From the NCBI GenBank assembly GCA_965243355.1, contig OZ251547.1, positions 1,815,475 through 1,879,474 of the forward strand: a DNA stretch of 64,000 nucleotides, in the 5' to 3' direction. The translations under genes and the position numbers were made by a program. Source of the stretch: Dehalococcoidia bacterium (GTDB lineage Bacteria > Chloroflexota > Dehalococcoidia > Lucifugimonadales > JADFKI01). Shown in pieces: positions 46,132 through 53,573 of this stretch (the stretch's first letter is position 1; the number at the start of each line of letters is the position of its first letter). Below the pieces are notes generated by a model that was not told the origin of the DNA, did not search any database, and saw only the letters and a program-made list of their open reading frames with translations.

Positions 46132-47511
46132 CTAAGGGCTGCGGGCATTGGGGTCACTTGACTCATTCAAGCCGTCGGGGTTTTTCGCGCGCAGGCGGCT
46201 TTGGATTATGGCTTGGCGTTTTTGGAAGTTTGCCTCGGCTGTGATGGCGTCGTAGATTTGTTCGTGGGTTAGGTTTTCTTTTGGGATGCCGGCGGTGGCG
46301 TGGTGGTTTTGCAGGGCTGTGTCTAGGTCGACTTCGGGGTGGCGGGCTAGGGCGTTGGCGACGGCGGTTTCGCCGCGGGTGGTGGGCGGCGGCGTTGCGG
46401 TTGCGCCAGGGGGCGCATCGGGGCTGTCGGCGGTATCGGCGTTGTTGCCGTTGGCGTTGTTCTTGTTGTTGGCGGGGTTGTTGTAGTCGTGGGCGGCGGT
46501 TTTGGCGGCGTCGGCTTTCTTGGCGGCTTTTCGGGCTTTCTTTTCGGCTATGGCGGCGTCTTTGGCGGCGGATTCGTCGGTTTTGCGCTGCACTTCTTCG
46601 AAGATGGCTAGGACTTCCGCTTTTTGCTCTGGGGTGAGTTCGGCGTTGGCGGATTCCTGGCGGAGGGCTAGGATGCGTTCCGCCTCGCGGCGCTCTTTGG
46701 CGTCTAGGTCGCGGATGCAGGCGTCTATGGATTCGGGGGTGATGTGTTCCCAAGGGATGTCGGAGCCGCGGTAGATTAGGTCTCGGATCGCCCAGATGCG
46801 GTGGGTTTGGGTGTAGGGGTCTTCTATGATGATTCGGCGCGGGCCGAATGTTTTGGGGTTGTCCACGACTTCTAGGAGGAATCTCGCCAAGCCGATGCCG
46901 TTGTCGGTTATCTCGCGGATTTCGCGGGAGAGGCGGGAGTTTAGCATGCGCTCTTCGGCGGGGGAGGTTCGCGGCTGGCAGTAGGGGCTGCGGTTGCCTA
47001 GGCTGCGCTTGACCATTTCTTTGGCGGCGGCGATTTGGTGGTTCACGCGGATTCGGGTGGCTTTTTGGTATTTTTGCTCGGCGGGGTTTGCGCTTTCGAA
47101 GACGCGGGGCGGGCTGAGGATTTCGCTGAGGGCTGAGATTAGGGTGCGGCAGTTGTTGGTTTCTTCGCGGATGTATGCGCCGATGGGTTTGTTTAGGATT
47201 TGTTTGAGGGTGACTTTGGGCGTTTTGGGTTCGGGCGTGTCTTCTTGGCGGACGACGCGGGCGGATGATCCGGGGGTGTCTTGGGGCATTTGGCCGCCCA
47301 TAACGGCGAGGTCGCGGGCGGCTTGTTGGCGGTGGTGGAGTTTGGCGTCGGGGTATTCGCCTTGCACGACGTCCCACATGAATTGGGCTAGGCGGTTGCC
47401 GTTGTCGGTTAGTTGGTTGACGAATTGGGCGAGGTTTTGGCGGAGGGTTTCTTGTTCGGATAGCGCGTCTGGGCGCGTTATGTGGGCGTGGGTTGCGGTT
47501 GCGGTTGTCAT
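46132..47511 (-). CDS. Hypothetical protein with three internal helical repeats and Ala/Lys- and Asn-rich low-complexity region
   Basis: Balanced composition, unlike the overlapping Arg/Pro frame 46163..47629. Start chosen at MTTATATH (ATG 47511), because the upstream part of the track ORF runs through repeat copy 8. Confidence 0.55.
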   Translation of the reverse strand: MTTATATHAHITRPDALSEQETLRQNLAQFVNQLTDNGNRLAQFMWDVVQGEYPDAKLHHRQQAARDLAVMGGQMPQDTPGSSARVVRQEDTPEPKTPKVTLKQILNKPIGAYIREETNNCRTLISALSEILSPPRVFESANPAEQKYQKATRIRVNHQIAAAKEMVKRSLGNRSPYCQPRTSPAEERMLNSRLSREIREITDNGIGLARFLLEVVDNPKTFGPRRIIIEDPYTQTHRIWAIRDLIYRGSDIPWEHITPESIDACIRDLDAKERREAERILALRQESANAELTPEQKAEVLAIFEEVQRKTDESAAKDAAIAEKKARKAAKKADAAKTAAHDYNNPANNKNNANGNNADTADSPDAPPGATATPPPTTRGETAVANALARHPEVDLDTALQNHHATAGIPKENLTHEQIYDAITAEANFQKRQAIIQSRLRAKNPDGLNESSDPNARSP

Positions 47512-47545
47512 GTTGGTTGCCTCCAAGCCTCTCTTCCGCCGGGGT

Positions 47546-47586
47546 GCTACTTTTTGGAAAAAAAGTGGCAAAACTTTTGGGTGGGT
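47546..47586 (+). repeat. AT-rich dyad element, copy 8
   Basis: gctactttttggaaaaaaagtggcaaaacttttgggtggg. Lies in the divergent spacer 47511(-)/47694(+). Confidence 0.9.
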
Positions 47587-47693
47587 GTATGGGTATATTT
47601 GTTCGCATTAAGAATAACGGGAGGTTCAAGTGGTGTCAAGGGTTATTTTCAAATTGGCAAATTGCGCTATAATAGGAATATAGGAGGCGAGCA

Positions 47694-48554
47694 ATGGTAG
47701 TTGAGATACGAACTTCGCAGGATCTGTTGGATCTGCTTGACAATAATGAAGAGTTTCGGCGGGCGGCGCGGCGGGCGCTGCTGACTGACGAGCTGCTGGA
47801 GTTGCCCGATATTGTGCGGGAGATGCAGCAGACGCAGCTGCTGATGATACAGCGAATGGACAAGATGGATGCGCGGATGGATCAGATGGACGCGCAGATT
47901 CAGGAGATGCGGCAGACACAGCTGCTGATGATCCAGCGAATGGACAAGATGGACGCGCGGTTCGAGCAGGTGGACGCGCGCTTTGAGCAGGTTATCGCTG
48001 AGATGGCGAGCATGAACAAGCGGATTGGCAACCTTGAGGGACGGGTTGACAACATTGACAAGCGGGTTGTCGATATTGATGGGCGGCTGAGGGGTTGGGA
48101 GCTGGAGCGGGAGTCGATCAGAAAGTTGCTGCCGCGGCTGGCGCGAGAGTACGAAGTGATTCGCATAAGAGCGGTTAGCGCGGATGCGAGCAGGTCTGCG
48201 GTTAATGTGAATTATGTCTGGGCGGCGCGGTTTGATGAGGCGCTTGACGCGGCGCGCCGAGCGAGGCGCATTACGATTGATGAGGAGGACATACTTGGCA
48301 GAACCGATATTGTGGCATGGGGGCGGCGCAGAGTTGACGAGGCGAGGCTGTGGTTCGTGGTTCAGGCGTCGGCGACGATTGGGAATGATGATGTTGAGCG
48401 GGCGGCGGCGGGGGCGGTTGCGTTGCGAAAGGTGACCGGCGAGGATGCGGCGGCGGTGGTTTATGGGCGGCGCATCGCGGATCAGCAGTGGGATAGGGCG
48501 GGCGAGCTTGGGGTGACGGTTATGCTGGATGATGAGGATGGGGGACGGGAGTAG
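47694..48554 (+). CDS. Coiled-coil protein with degenerate DUF3782/PD-(D/E)XK-like C-terminal domain
   Basis: N-terminal heptad-like Met/Gln/Asp repeats with an 84-nt tandem duplication (47820-47903 / 47904-47987). The C-terminal layout recalls DUF3782 proteins; this is a weak assignment. Confidence 0.5.
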   Translation: MVVEIRTSQDLLDLLDNNEEFRRAARRALLTDELLELPDIVREMQQTQLLMIQRMDKMDARMDQMDAQIQEMRQTQLLMIQRMDKMDARFEQVDARFEQVIAEMASMNKRIGNLEGRVDNIDKRVVDIDGRLRGWELERESIRKLLPRLAREYEVIRIRAVSADASRSAVNVNYVWAARFDEALDAARRARRITIDEEDILGRTDIVAWGRRRVDEARLWFVVQASATIGNDDVERAAAGAVALRKVTGEDAAAVVYGRRIADQQWDRAGELGVTVMLDDEDGGRE

Positions 48555-48693
48555 CGGTTTTCTCAATTTTTGGGCGCGGCGTTGGGCGCTTTAAGAAGGG
48601 TAGAGGCGTAAGCGGGCGTCAAGGGGGGGATTTTGGGATAGGGTTGTGGTATTATCGGGGGGTGGGTACATCCTGAAGCTGAGAGGGCGGCGT

Positions 48694-49131
48694 ATGAGTT
48701 GCGAGCAGGCTACGGCGCAGGCGCTGAAGGAGTCGGGGCATCGGCTGACGCCGCAGCGCCTGATGATTTTGTCCGCCATTCGCCATTCGGAGGTTCATAT
48801 CACGGCGTCGGAGATTTACGACGAGGTTAAGGCGTCGTATCCGTATATCGATGTGTCGACGGTGTATCGGACGCTGGGGGTGCTGAAGCAGATGCGGCTG
48901 GTGTCGGAGACGGATATGGGGGGCGGCGAGTATCGGTATGAGTGGATAAATCAGTTGCGGCATCATCATTTGATTTGCCGCGGGTGCGATAAGGTGGCGC
49001 TGCTTGACAATAAGTATTGGGAGAATATCGGGGCTGAGATAATGTCGGATTACGGGTTTCAGCCGGATATTGACCATATCGCGCTGTTCGGGGTGTGCCA
49101 TGAGTGTCTTGAGCGGGCGGACGGGGAGTAG
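48694..49131 (+). CDS. fur: Fur family transcriptional regulator
   Basis: LTPQRLMILSAI winged helix, with HHHLICRGC and CHEC metal sites. Confidence 0.85.
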   Translation: MSCEQATAQALKESGHRLTPQRLMILSAIRHSEVHITASEIYDEVKASYPYIDVSTVYRTLGVLKQMRLVSETDMGGGEYRYEWINQLRHHHLICRGCDKVALLDNKYWENIGAEIMSDYGFQPDIDHIALFGVCHECLERADGE

Positions 49132-49139
49132 CGGCGGTT

Positions 49140-50498
49140 ATGTTGGCGGTTGCTGAGAAGGCGGCGCGGTATGATTGCGCGGCGGTGTCGCTGTCTAGGC
49201 GCGTGGCGCGCTTGGTAGCCGAGGATGCGGCGGCGCAATCGTCATACGGCCGCGCGGCGGTTCATTCTGAGGATGCGCTGGCGGTTTTGTGGAGCAGGGC
49301 GCATAGTTTGGCGGAGGCGCTGGTTACGGAGGATGGGCGTCGGTTGCGGGTTGTGTATCCGGGCAGGCGCAGCGCGGCGGCGGGGCCGGATTTTCGGGAT
49401 GCGGTTTTGGTGGACGAGGCGGGCGGGCGTTTGGTGGGTGATGTGGAGTTGCATATTAGCGCGGGTGGTTGGCGGGCGCATGGGCATCATGTTGACGCTA
49501 ATTATAACGGCGTGGCGCTGCATGTGGTTTTTTCGCCGAAGGGGAGTCGGGTTACGCGGTTGCAGTCGGGGATGGAGGCGCCTGTGGCGGCGTTGGAGGG
49601 GGTTGCGGCTAGGCTGGAGGGGGCGTCGGATGATGCGTTGCCGGATTTGGCGGGGGTTAGGCTGACGGGCGATCCTGACGAGGTTGCGGCGGCTTTGGAT
49701 GCGGCGGGGGATGCGCGGTTTTTGGCTAAGAGTAGGGGGTTTGGGTTGGAGTTGGGGGCGTTGGATGCTGATGAGGTTTTGTATCGCGGGTTGATGGATG
49801 CTTTGGGGTATTCGGCTAATCGCGGGGCGTTTGGGGCGCTGGCGCGGCGCGTGGGGTATCGGGCGCTGGCGGGGTTGCGGGATACGCCGCGGGGGACTCG
49901 GCCGGCGGCGGTTAAGGCGATGCTGCTGGGGGCGTCGGGGTTGATGGGGGCGGCGGATATGATAGAGGGCGTTGGGGAGTTGCGGGGCGTCAGAAAGCGG
50001 TTGCCGTATGTTAAGCCTGTGGCTAGGCGGGAGTGGTGGTTGTTTCGGGTTAGGCCGGCTAATCATCCGGCGCGGCGGATTGTGGGGGCGGCGCTGATTG
50101 TGGAGGGGTGTTTGGATGACGGGTTGGCTAGGGCGTTTGAGGGGGCGCTGATGGCGGGCGGGAGCAGAGGGTTGATGGCGCGGCTGGTGGTGAAGCCGTA
50201 TGTGGGGGTTGCGCGGGCGCGGGATGTGTTGGTGAATGTGGCGTTGCCGTTTTTGCATGCGTATGGGGTTGCGGGCAGTGCCGGGCAGGGATCCGGCGGC
50301 GGTAGCGCGTTGGCTAGGGCGGCGTTGGAGGCGTATGCGGGTGCGCCGAAGTTGCAGGAGAATGAGATTACGCGGGAGATGCGGCGGTTGTGCGGGATTG
50401 ATGGCAAGGCGCGGTTGACGGCGCGGCGGCAGCAGGGGTTGATGCAGTTGTATCGGACGGGCGTGATGGGGGCGAATAGGGGGCGGGTGTGGGGATAG
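49140..50498 (+). CDS. DUF2851 family protein
   Basis: VVYPGRRSAAAGPDFRDAVL...GDVELHISAGGWRAHGHHVDANYNGVALHVVF matches the DUF2851 signature as I recall it. Confidence 0.65.
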   Translation: MLAVAEKAARYDCAAVSLSRRVARLVAEDAAAQSSYGRAAVHSEDALAVLWSRAHSLAEALVTEDGRRLRVVYPGRRSAAAGPDFRDAVLVDEAGGRLVGDVELHISAGGWRAHGHHVDANYNGVALHVVFSPKGSRVTRLQSGMEAPVAALEGVAARLEGASDDALPDLAGVRLTGDPDEVAAALDAAGDARFLAKSRGFGLELGALDADEVLYRGLMDALGYSANRGAFGALARRVGYRALAGLRDTPRGTRPAAVKAMLLGASGLMGAADMIEGVGELRGVRKRLPYVKPVARREWWLFRVRPANHPARRIVGAALIVEGCLDDGLARAFEGALMAGGSRGLMARLVVKPYVGVARARDVLVNVALPFLHAYGVAGSAGQGSGGGSALARAALEAYAGAPKLQENEITREMRRLCGIDGKARLTARRQQGLMQLYRTGVMGANRGRVWG

Positions 50499-51412
50499 GG
50501 TGTGTGCGCCGTGCGGTGGGATTGGCGATTGTGGTGGCGCTAATGCTGGTGGTAGCGGCGTGCGTGGGTGGGACTGCCGATGATGCGGCGGGTGACCAAG
50601 CGGCGGCGACGTCAGGGGGCGAGACGTTGCGGTTGGTGGTTGGGGCTAACGATTTGGCGGTGGGGAGCAATCGGGTTGTGTTTGGGGTGATAGATCCGGG
50701 TGAAGGGGCGATAAGGGGGGAGCAGGTGCGGGTGTCTAGTTTTTGGTTGCCGCCGGATGGGGAGCGGGTGGGGCCGGTTGAGAGCGTGGAGGCGGTGTTT
50801 CGGGAGTGGCCGGTGTCGCCGCGGGGGGTTTATACGGCGGAGTTGCGGTTTGATAGGGCGGGGGATTGGGGGATTGGGGTGGTTGTTGTGGGACCTGGCG
50901 GGAGCGAGCGGAGGGCGTCTGTGCGGGTGGGGGTGAAGGCGGAGTCGGGGACGCCGGCTGTGGGGGAGCGGGCGCCGGCGAGTCGGAGCAAGACTTTGGC
51001 GGATGTGGGGGATATTGGGGAGCTGACTACGGATGTGGATCCGGATGCGGGGTTGTATGAGGTGAGTGTGGCGGAGGCGCTGGAGATGGGGATGCCGCTG
51101 GTGGTGGTGTTTTCTACGCCGGGGTATTGTCAGACGGCGACTTGTGGGCCGCAGTTGGATGTGGTTAAGCAACTCAGAGCGGAGTATGAAGGGCGGGTGA
51201 ATTTTGTGCATGTGGAGGTGTATGACAATCCGGATGAGATTGGGGGGGATTTGAGCAGGGCTGTGGTGTCGCCGACGGTGGGGGAGTGGGGGTTGGCGAG
51301 CGAGCCGTGGACGTTTGTGGTGGATGGGGAGGGGGTTGTGCGGGCTAAGTATGAGGGGTTTGCGACGCGGGGGGAGGTGGAGGAGGGGGTGAGGGGGGTG
51401 ATAGGGGAGTGA
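50489..51412 (+). CDS. Lipoprotein with C-terminal thioredoxin-fold domain (CxxxC, SCO/TlpA-like)
   Basis: Lipobox LVVAAC. VVFSTPGYCQTATCGP is a redox/copper-type motif. Confidence 0.6.
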   Translation: MGIGCVRRAVGLAIVVALMLVVAACVGGTADDAAGDQAAATSGGETLRLVVGANDLAVGSNRVVFGVIDPGEGAIRGEQVRVSSFWLPPDGERVGPVESVEAVFREWPVSPRGVYTAELRFDRAGDWGIGVVVVGPGGSERRASVRVGVKAESGTPAVGERAPASRSKTLADVGDIGELTTDVDPDAGLYEVSVAEALEMGMPLVVVFSTPGYCQTATCGPQLDVVKQLRAEYEGRVNFVHVEVYDNPDEIGGDLSRAVVSPTVGEWGLASEPWTFVVDGEGVVRAKYEGFATRGEVEEGVRGVIGE

Positions 51413-51464
51413 GGGCGGGATTGTAGGCGAGTTAGCGGGGGTGTTGTTGTCATTGGGTTTTTAG

Positions 51465-51528
51465 GCAAAAGCTGAGACCGCCCATTAAGAGCGGTCTCGC
51501 GCCCTGGCACCGAAGCAGCAGGGGAATT
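51465..51528 (-). ncRNA. Candidate small RNA, copy 1 (5-prime stem-loop plus intrinsic terminator)
   Basis: Minus strand reads AAUUCCCCUGCUGCUUCGGUGCCAGGGCGCGAGACCGCUCUUAAUGGGCGGUCUCAGCUUUUG. It is preceded by TTGACA, 17 nt spacer, TATACT. Confidence 0.5.
51466..51498 (-). terminator. Intrinsic terminator of sRNA copy 1
   Basis: gagaccgc/gcggtctc stem followed by a CUUUUG tract on the minus strand. Confidence 0.6.
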
Positions 51529-51534
51529 AGGTTA

Positions 51535-51563
51535 AGTATAGTTGGGTTGTGGGTGGGTGTCAA
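51535..51563 (-). promoter_or_regulatory. Sigma70-consensus promoter of sRNA copy 1
   Basis: Minus strand TTGACA (51558-51563), 17 nt spacer, TATACT (51535-51540). Confidence 0.6.
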
Positions 51564-51574
51564 GGGTTTTTGGG

Positions 51575-51595
51575 TTGGACGCCGTTGACGATGAT
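51575..51595 (-). pseudogene. Remnant of a DUF1330 gene 3-prime end
   Basis: The minus strand encodes IIVNGV(Q), against IIVDGV-stop at the end of the intact DUF1330 gene (53220-53240). The surrounding DNA is also homologous. Confidence 0.4.
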
Positions 51596-51599
51596 TATT

Positions 51600-52223
51600 C
51601 TACCAGCGTGGGGGTTTGTGGAATGTGCCTGTGGCGTCTGTTAGGGTGTGGGGGAATTGGCTTGCGCTTAGGGGGCCTTGCCTTATGGGCCTGTAGAAAC
51701 TGGCTGCGTCTTTCAATACCCGATTGGGCCTCTTTTGCGGATTTAGCACTCCTACACTTAGGCCGAATTCGTCCTGGACAATTTTTATTGGGGTTAGGAG
51801 GTCTGCGTCGTTTGATACGACTACGGCTTGTTCGTATTCGTTTCTGAAGGCGTCTAGGAGCAGGTAGCTTGCTAGGTTGACGTCGGTTCCTTTTTCCTCG
51901 GTTCTGAGGACTTCGACCATCCGAGAGCCGTCTGCGGGCGGGCGGGATAGCGGCATTCTGCGCGGGTTGGTTTGGAAGTATCCAAGGTGAACTGAGAGGT
52001 TGGGGATTGTGCGGATGGCGCGGAGATAGGTTTGCTGCCGATGCCCCTTTTGGGTATCGTGTGGGGGTGGATTGACCAGGGCGGCGAAGTATCTGATTCG
52101 ATTTACCCGGCAACCCGGCAGCAGCAGGTTGAATAGGGTTAGGAAGTCAAGCCATTTGTACGGGGCGCCTTGGAGGCTGCCCTTGTATAGGTTGAATCCG
52201 TCTATGTAGAAGTTAGTCAGCAT
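51600..52223 (-). CDS. NYN (LabA-like, PIN-related) domain nuclease
   Basis: MLTNFYIDGFNLYKG..., EEKGTDVNLA and VVVSNDADL acidic motifs typical of the NYN domain. Visibly lower GC than its neighbours. Confidence 0.8.
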   Translation of the reverse strand: MLTNFYIDGFNLYKGSLQGAPYKWLDFLTLFNLLLPGCRVNRIRYFAALVNPPPHDTQKGHRQQTYLRAIRTIPNLSVHLGYFQTNPRRMPLSRPPADGSRMVEVLRTEEKGTDVNLASYLLLDAFRNEYEQAVVVSNDADLLTPIKIVQDEFGLSVGVLNPQKRPNRVLKDAASFYRPIRQGPLSASQFPHTLTDATGTFHKPPRW

Positions 52224-52228
52224 TTTTC

Positions 52229-52259
52229 ACAAAAGCTGAGACCGCCCGAAGGCGGTCTC
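52229..52259 (-). terminator. Intrinsic terminator between sRNA copy 2 and the NYN ORF
   Basis: gagaccgcc-cgaa-ggcggtctc (9 bp stem, tetraloop) followed by a CUUUUGU tract. Confidence 0.6.
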
Positions 52260-52292
52260 GCGCCCTGCCGCCGAACCGACAGGGGAGTTCAC
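52229..52292 (-). ncRNA. Candidate small RNA / leader, copy 2, ending 14 nt before the NYN start codon
   Basis: Minus strand reads GUGAACUCCCCUGUCGGUUCGGCGGCAGGGCGCGAGACCGCCUUCGGGCGGUCUCAGCUUUUGUG. Same architecture as copy 1. Confidence 0.5.
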
Positions 52293-52298
52293 GCATTA

Positions 52299-52328
52299 AG
52301 TATAATCCGGATCTAAACGGGGTGTCAA
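52299..52328 (-). promoter_or_regulatory. Sigma70-consensus promoter of sRNA copy 2 / NYN
   Basis: Minus strand TTGACA (52323-52328), 18 nt spacer, TATACT (52299-52304). Confidence 0.6.
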
Positions 52329-52420
52329 GGGTTTTTGGGGTATGGTATTCTTACCTTGCAGTGCTGATATGATATACTTGCCCTAAACCGCTCCGAAACC
52401 GCTGAAAGGCAGGTGTCATT

Positions 52421-53190
52421 ATGGCGAGCCAAAGAGTGTACAGACATGACGCGCTATGCCCGAAATGCGGCTCGAATTGGGTCAAGAAAGACGGCCACTC
52501 GCGCGGCAAGCAGATATTTAAGTGCAACCAGTGCGGCCGCAAGCATCAAGAGGGCGCAAAGCATCGGTTCACCGATGAGCAGAAAGAGCAGGCTGTGAAG
52601 ATGTGCGCGGAGGGGATGAGCCTATCGGCGACCGCCCGCGTGATGGGCGCGAGCGTACCCACTGTAAGCAAGTGGGTCAAAAAAAGGGGGCCTTGGCGAG
52701 AGAGCGTCTGACGCGCTTTATAGAGTGGCGTACAAGTGGGCGGCAAGACAGCGTCCGCGCGTCTATTGTGGCGTTTGATGAGATGTGGACATACTTGGGG
52801 ATAAGGCGCGGCGAGCGGCGTCAAGACCTGTGGATATGGACTGCGGTGGTGGAGGAACGGGACGGAGTCCGCTGGCGGATGTATGAGGTGGGCGGCAGAG
52901 ACTTGTCCGCGTTCTCGCGCTTGCTGGATCGGCTGCCGGGAGCTGACAGGTATGAGACAGACGCTTATCCGGTGTACGAATGGCTGCCTCGGGACAGGCA
53001 TGTGATAGGCAAGGGCGGAGCGGTGAACTGGAATGAGGGGCTGCACTCTAAGCTGAGGAGCAAACTCAACAGGCTGGTAAGGCGGACAAAGGGCTACACA
53101 AAGAGCGTGGAGATGCTGAAACATCTGCTGGCGATAGTGTTTGAGGAGTGCCTAAATCAGTCCATCAAATCAATGAACACTGCAAGGTAA
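52421..53190 (+). CDS. IS1-family transposase InsAB (InsA 52421..52711; InsB frame joined by -1 frameshift)
   Basis: InsA zinc finger CPKCGS...CNQCGRK plus an HTH. InsB frame contains VAFDEMWTYLG. The two frames overlap at an A7 run. Confidence 0.85.
52679..52685 (+). other. Programmed -1 ribosomal frameshift site (A7 slippery run)
   Basis: gtc aaa aaa agg in the InsA frame. The -1 frame continues KKGALARERL... of the InsB ORF. Confidence 0.7.
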
Positions 53191-53219
53191 GAATACCTGG
53201 GGTATTGGGTGGTTTTGGG

Positions 53220-53507
53220 TTAGACGCCGTCGACTATGATGACGCTGCTGGTGGTGGAGGCGATACGCATTTGTTTGGGGGCGGCGTATTCGGGGGAGTC
53301 GTACCACTGGCGGGCGCGTTGGACGCTGGGGAATTGGAGGATGACGGTGCGGGTGGGGGTCCAGTCGCCCTCGCGGACTTCGCTGTCGCCGCCGCGGACT
53401 AGGTATTTGCCGTCGTAGGCGGCTACGGTGGCGGGGACGAGTTTGCGGTATTCGTCGAATAGGGCGGGGTCGGTTACGTTTACGTCGGCTATTACGTATC
53501 CTGGCAT
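53220..53507 (-). CDS. DUF1330 domain protein
   Basis: MPGYVIADVNVTDPALFDEYRKLVPATVAAYDGKYLVRGG is a typical DUF1330 sequence, 95 aa. Confidence 0.8.
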   Translation of the reverse strand: MPGYVIADVNVTDPALFDEYRKLVPATVAAYDGKYLVRGGDSEVREGDWTPTRTVILQFPSVQRARQWYDSPEYAAPKQMRIASTTSSVIIVDGV

Positions 53508-53573
53508 TGGTTCACCTCGCGGGTTTTTGGGTTGGGGTTGTCGTATGTGGTAGGCGTCGGACAGTGTGTATTG

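Larger units (their letters stand above)
52344..53197 (+). mobile_element. IS1-family insertion sequence, apparently intact
   Basis: Perfect 20 bp terminal inverted repeats ggtattcttaccttgcagtg (52344-52363) / cactgcaaggtaagaatacc (53178-53197). 8 bp direct target duplication tggggtat (52336-52343 and 53198-53205). Confidence 0.9.

Noticed and set aside
45933-46244. Plus-strand ORF (103 aa), and the similar short ORFs whose peptides contain LLFWKKVAKNF / [13 protein letters not shown]
   Set aside because: These recurrent peptides are just translations of the AT-rich dyad repeat in various frames. The rest of each ORF is Gly/Arg-rich noise.
46163-47629. 488 aa minus-strand ORF overlapping 46132..47571 in another frame
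   Set aside because: Overwhelmingly Arg/Pro-rich. The alternative frame has a balanced composition and internal repeats, so that frame was chosen.
46132-48554. Possible prophage remnant (unknown genes, low-complexity protein)
   Set aside because: No integrase, terminase, capsid or other phage hallmark genes, and the flanks are ordinary housekeeping genes.
53508-53545. Third occurrence of GGGTTTTTGGGTTGG upstream of DUF1330, similar to the motif next to both sRNA promoters
   Set aside because: A short G/T-rich string with no accompanying promoter, sRNA or terminator homology. Possibly a relic, but not supportable as a feature.
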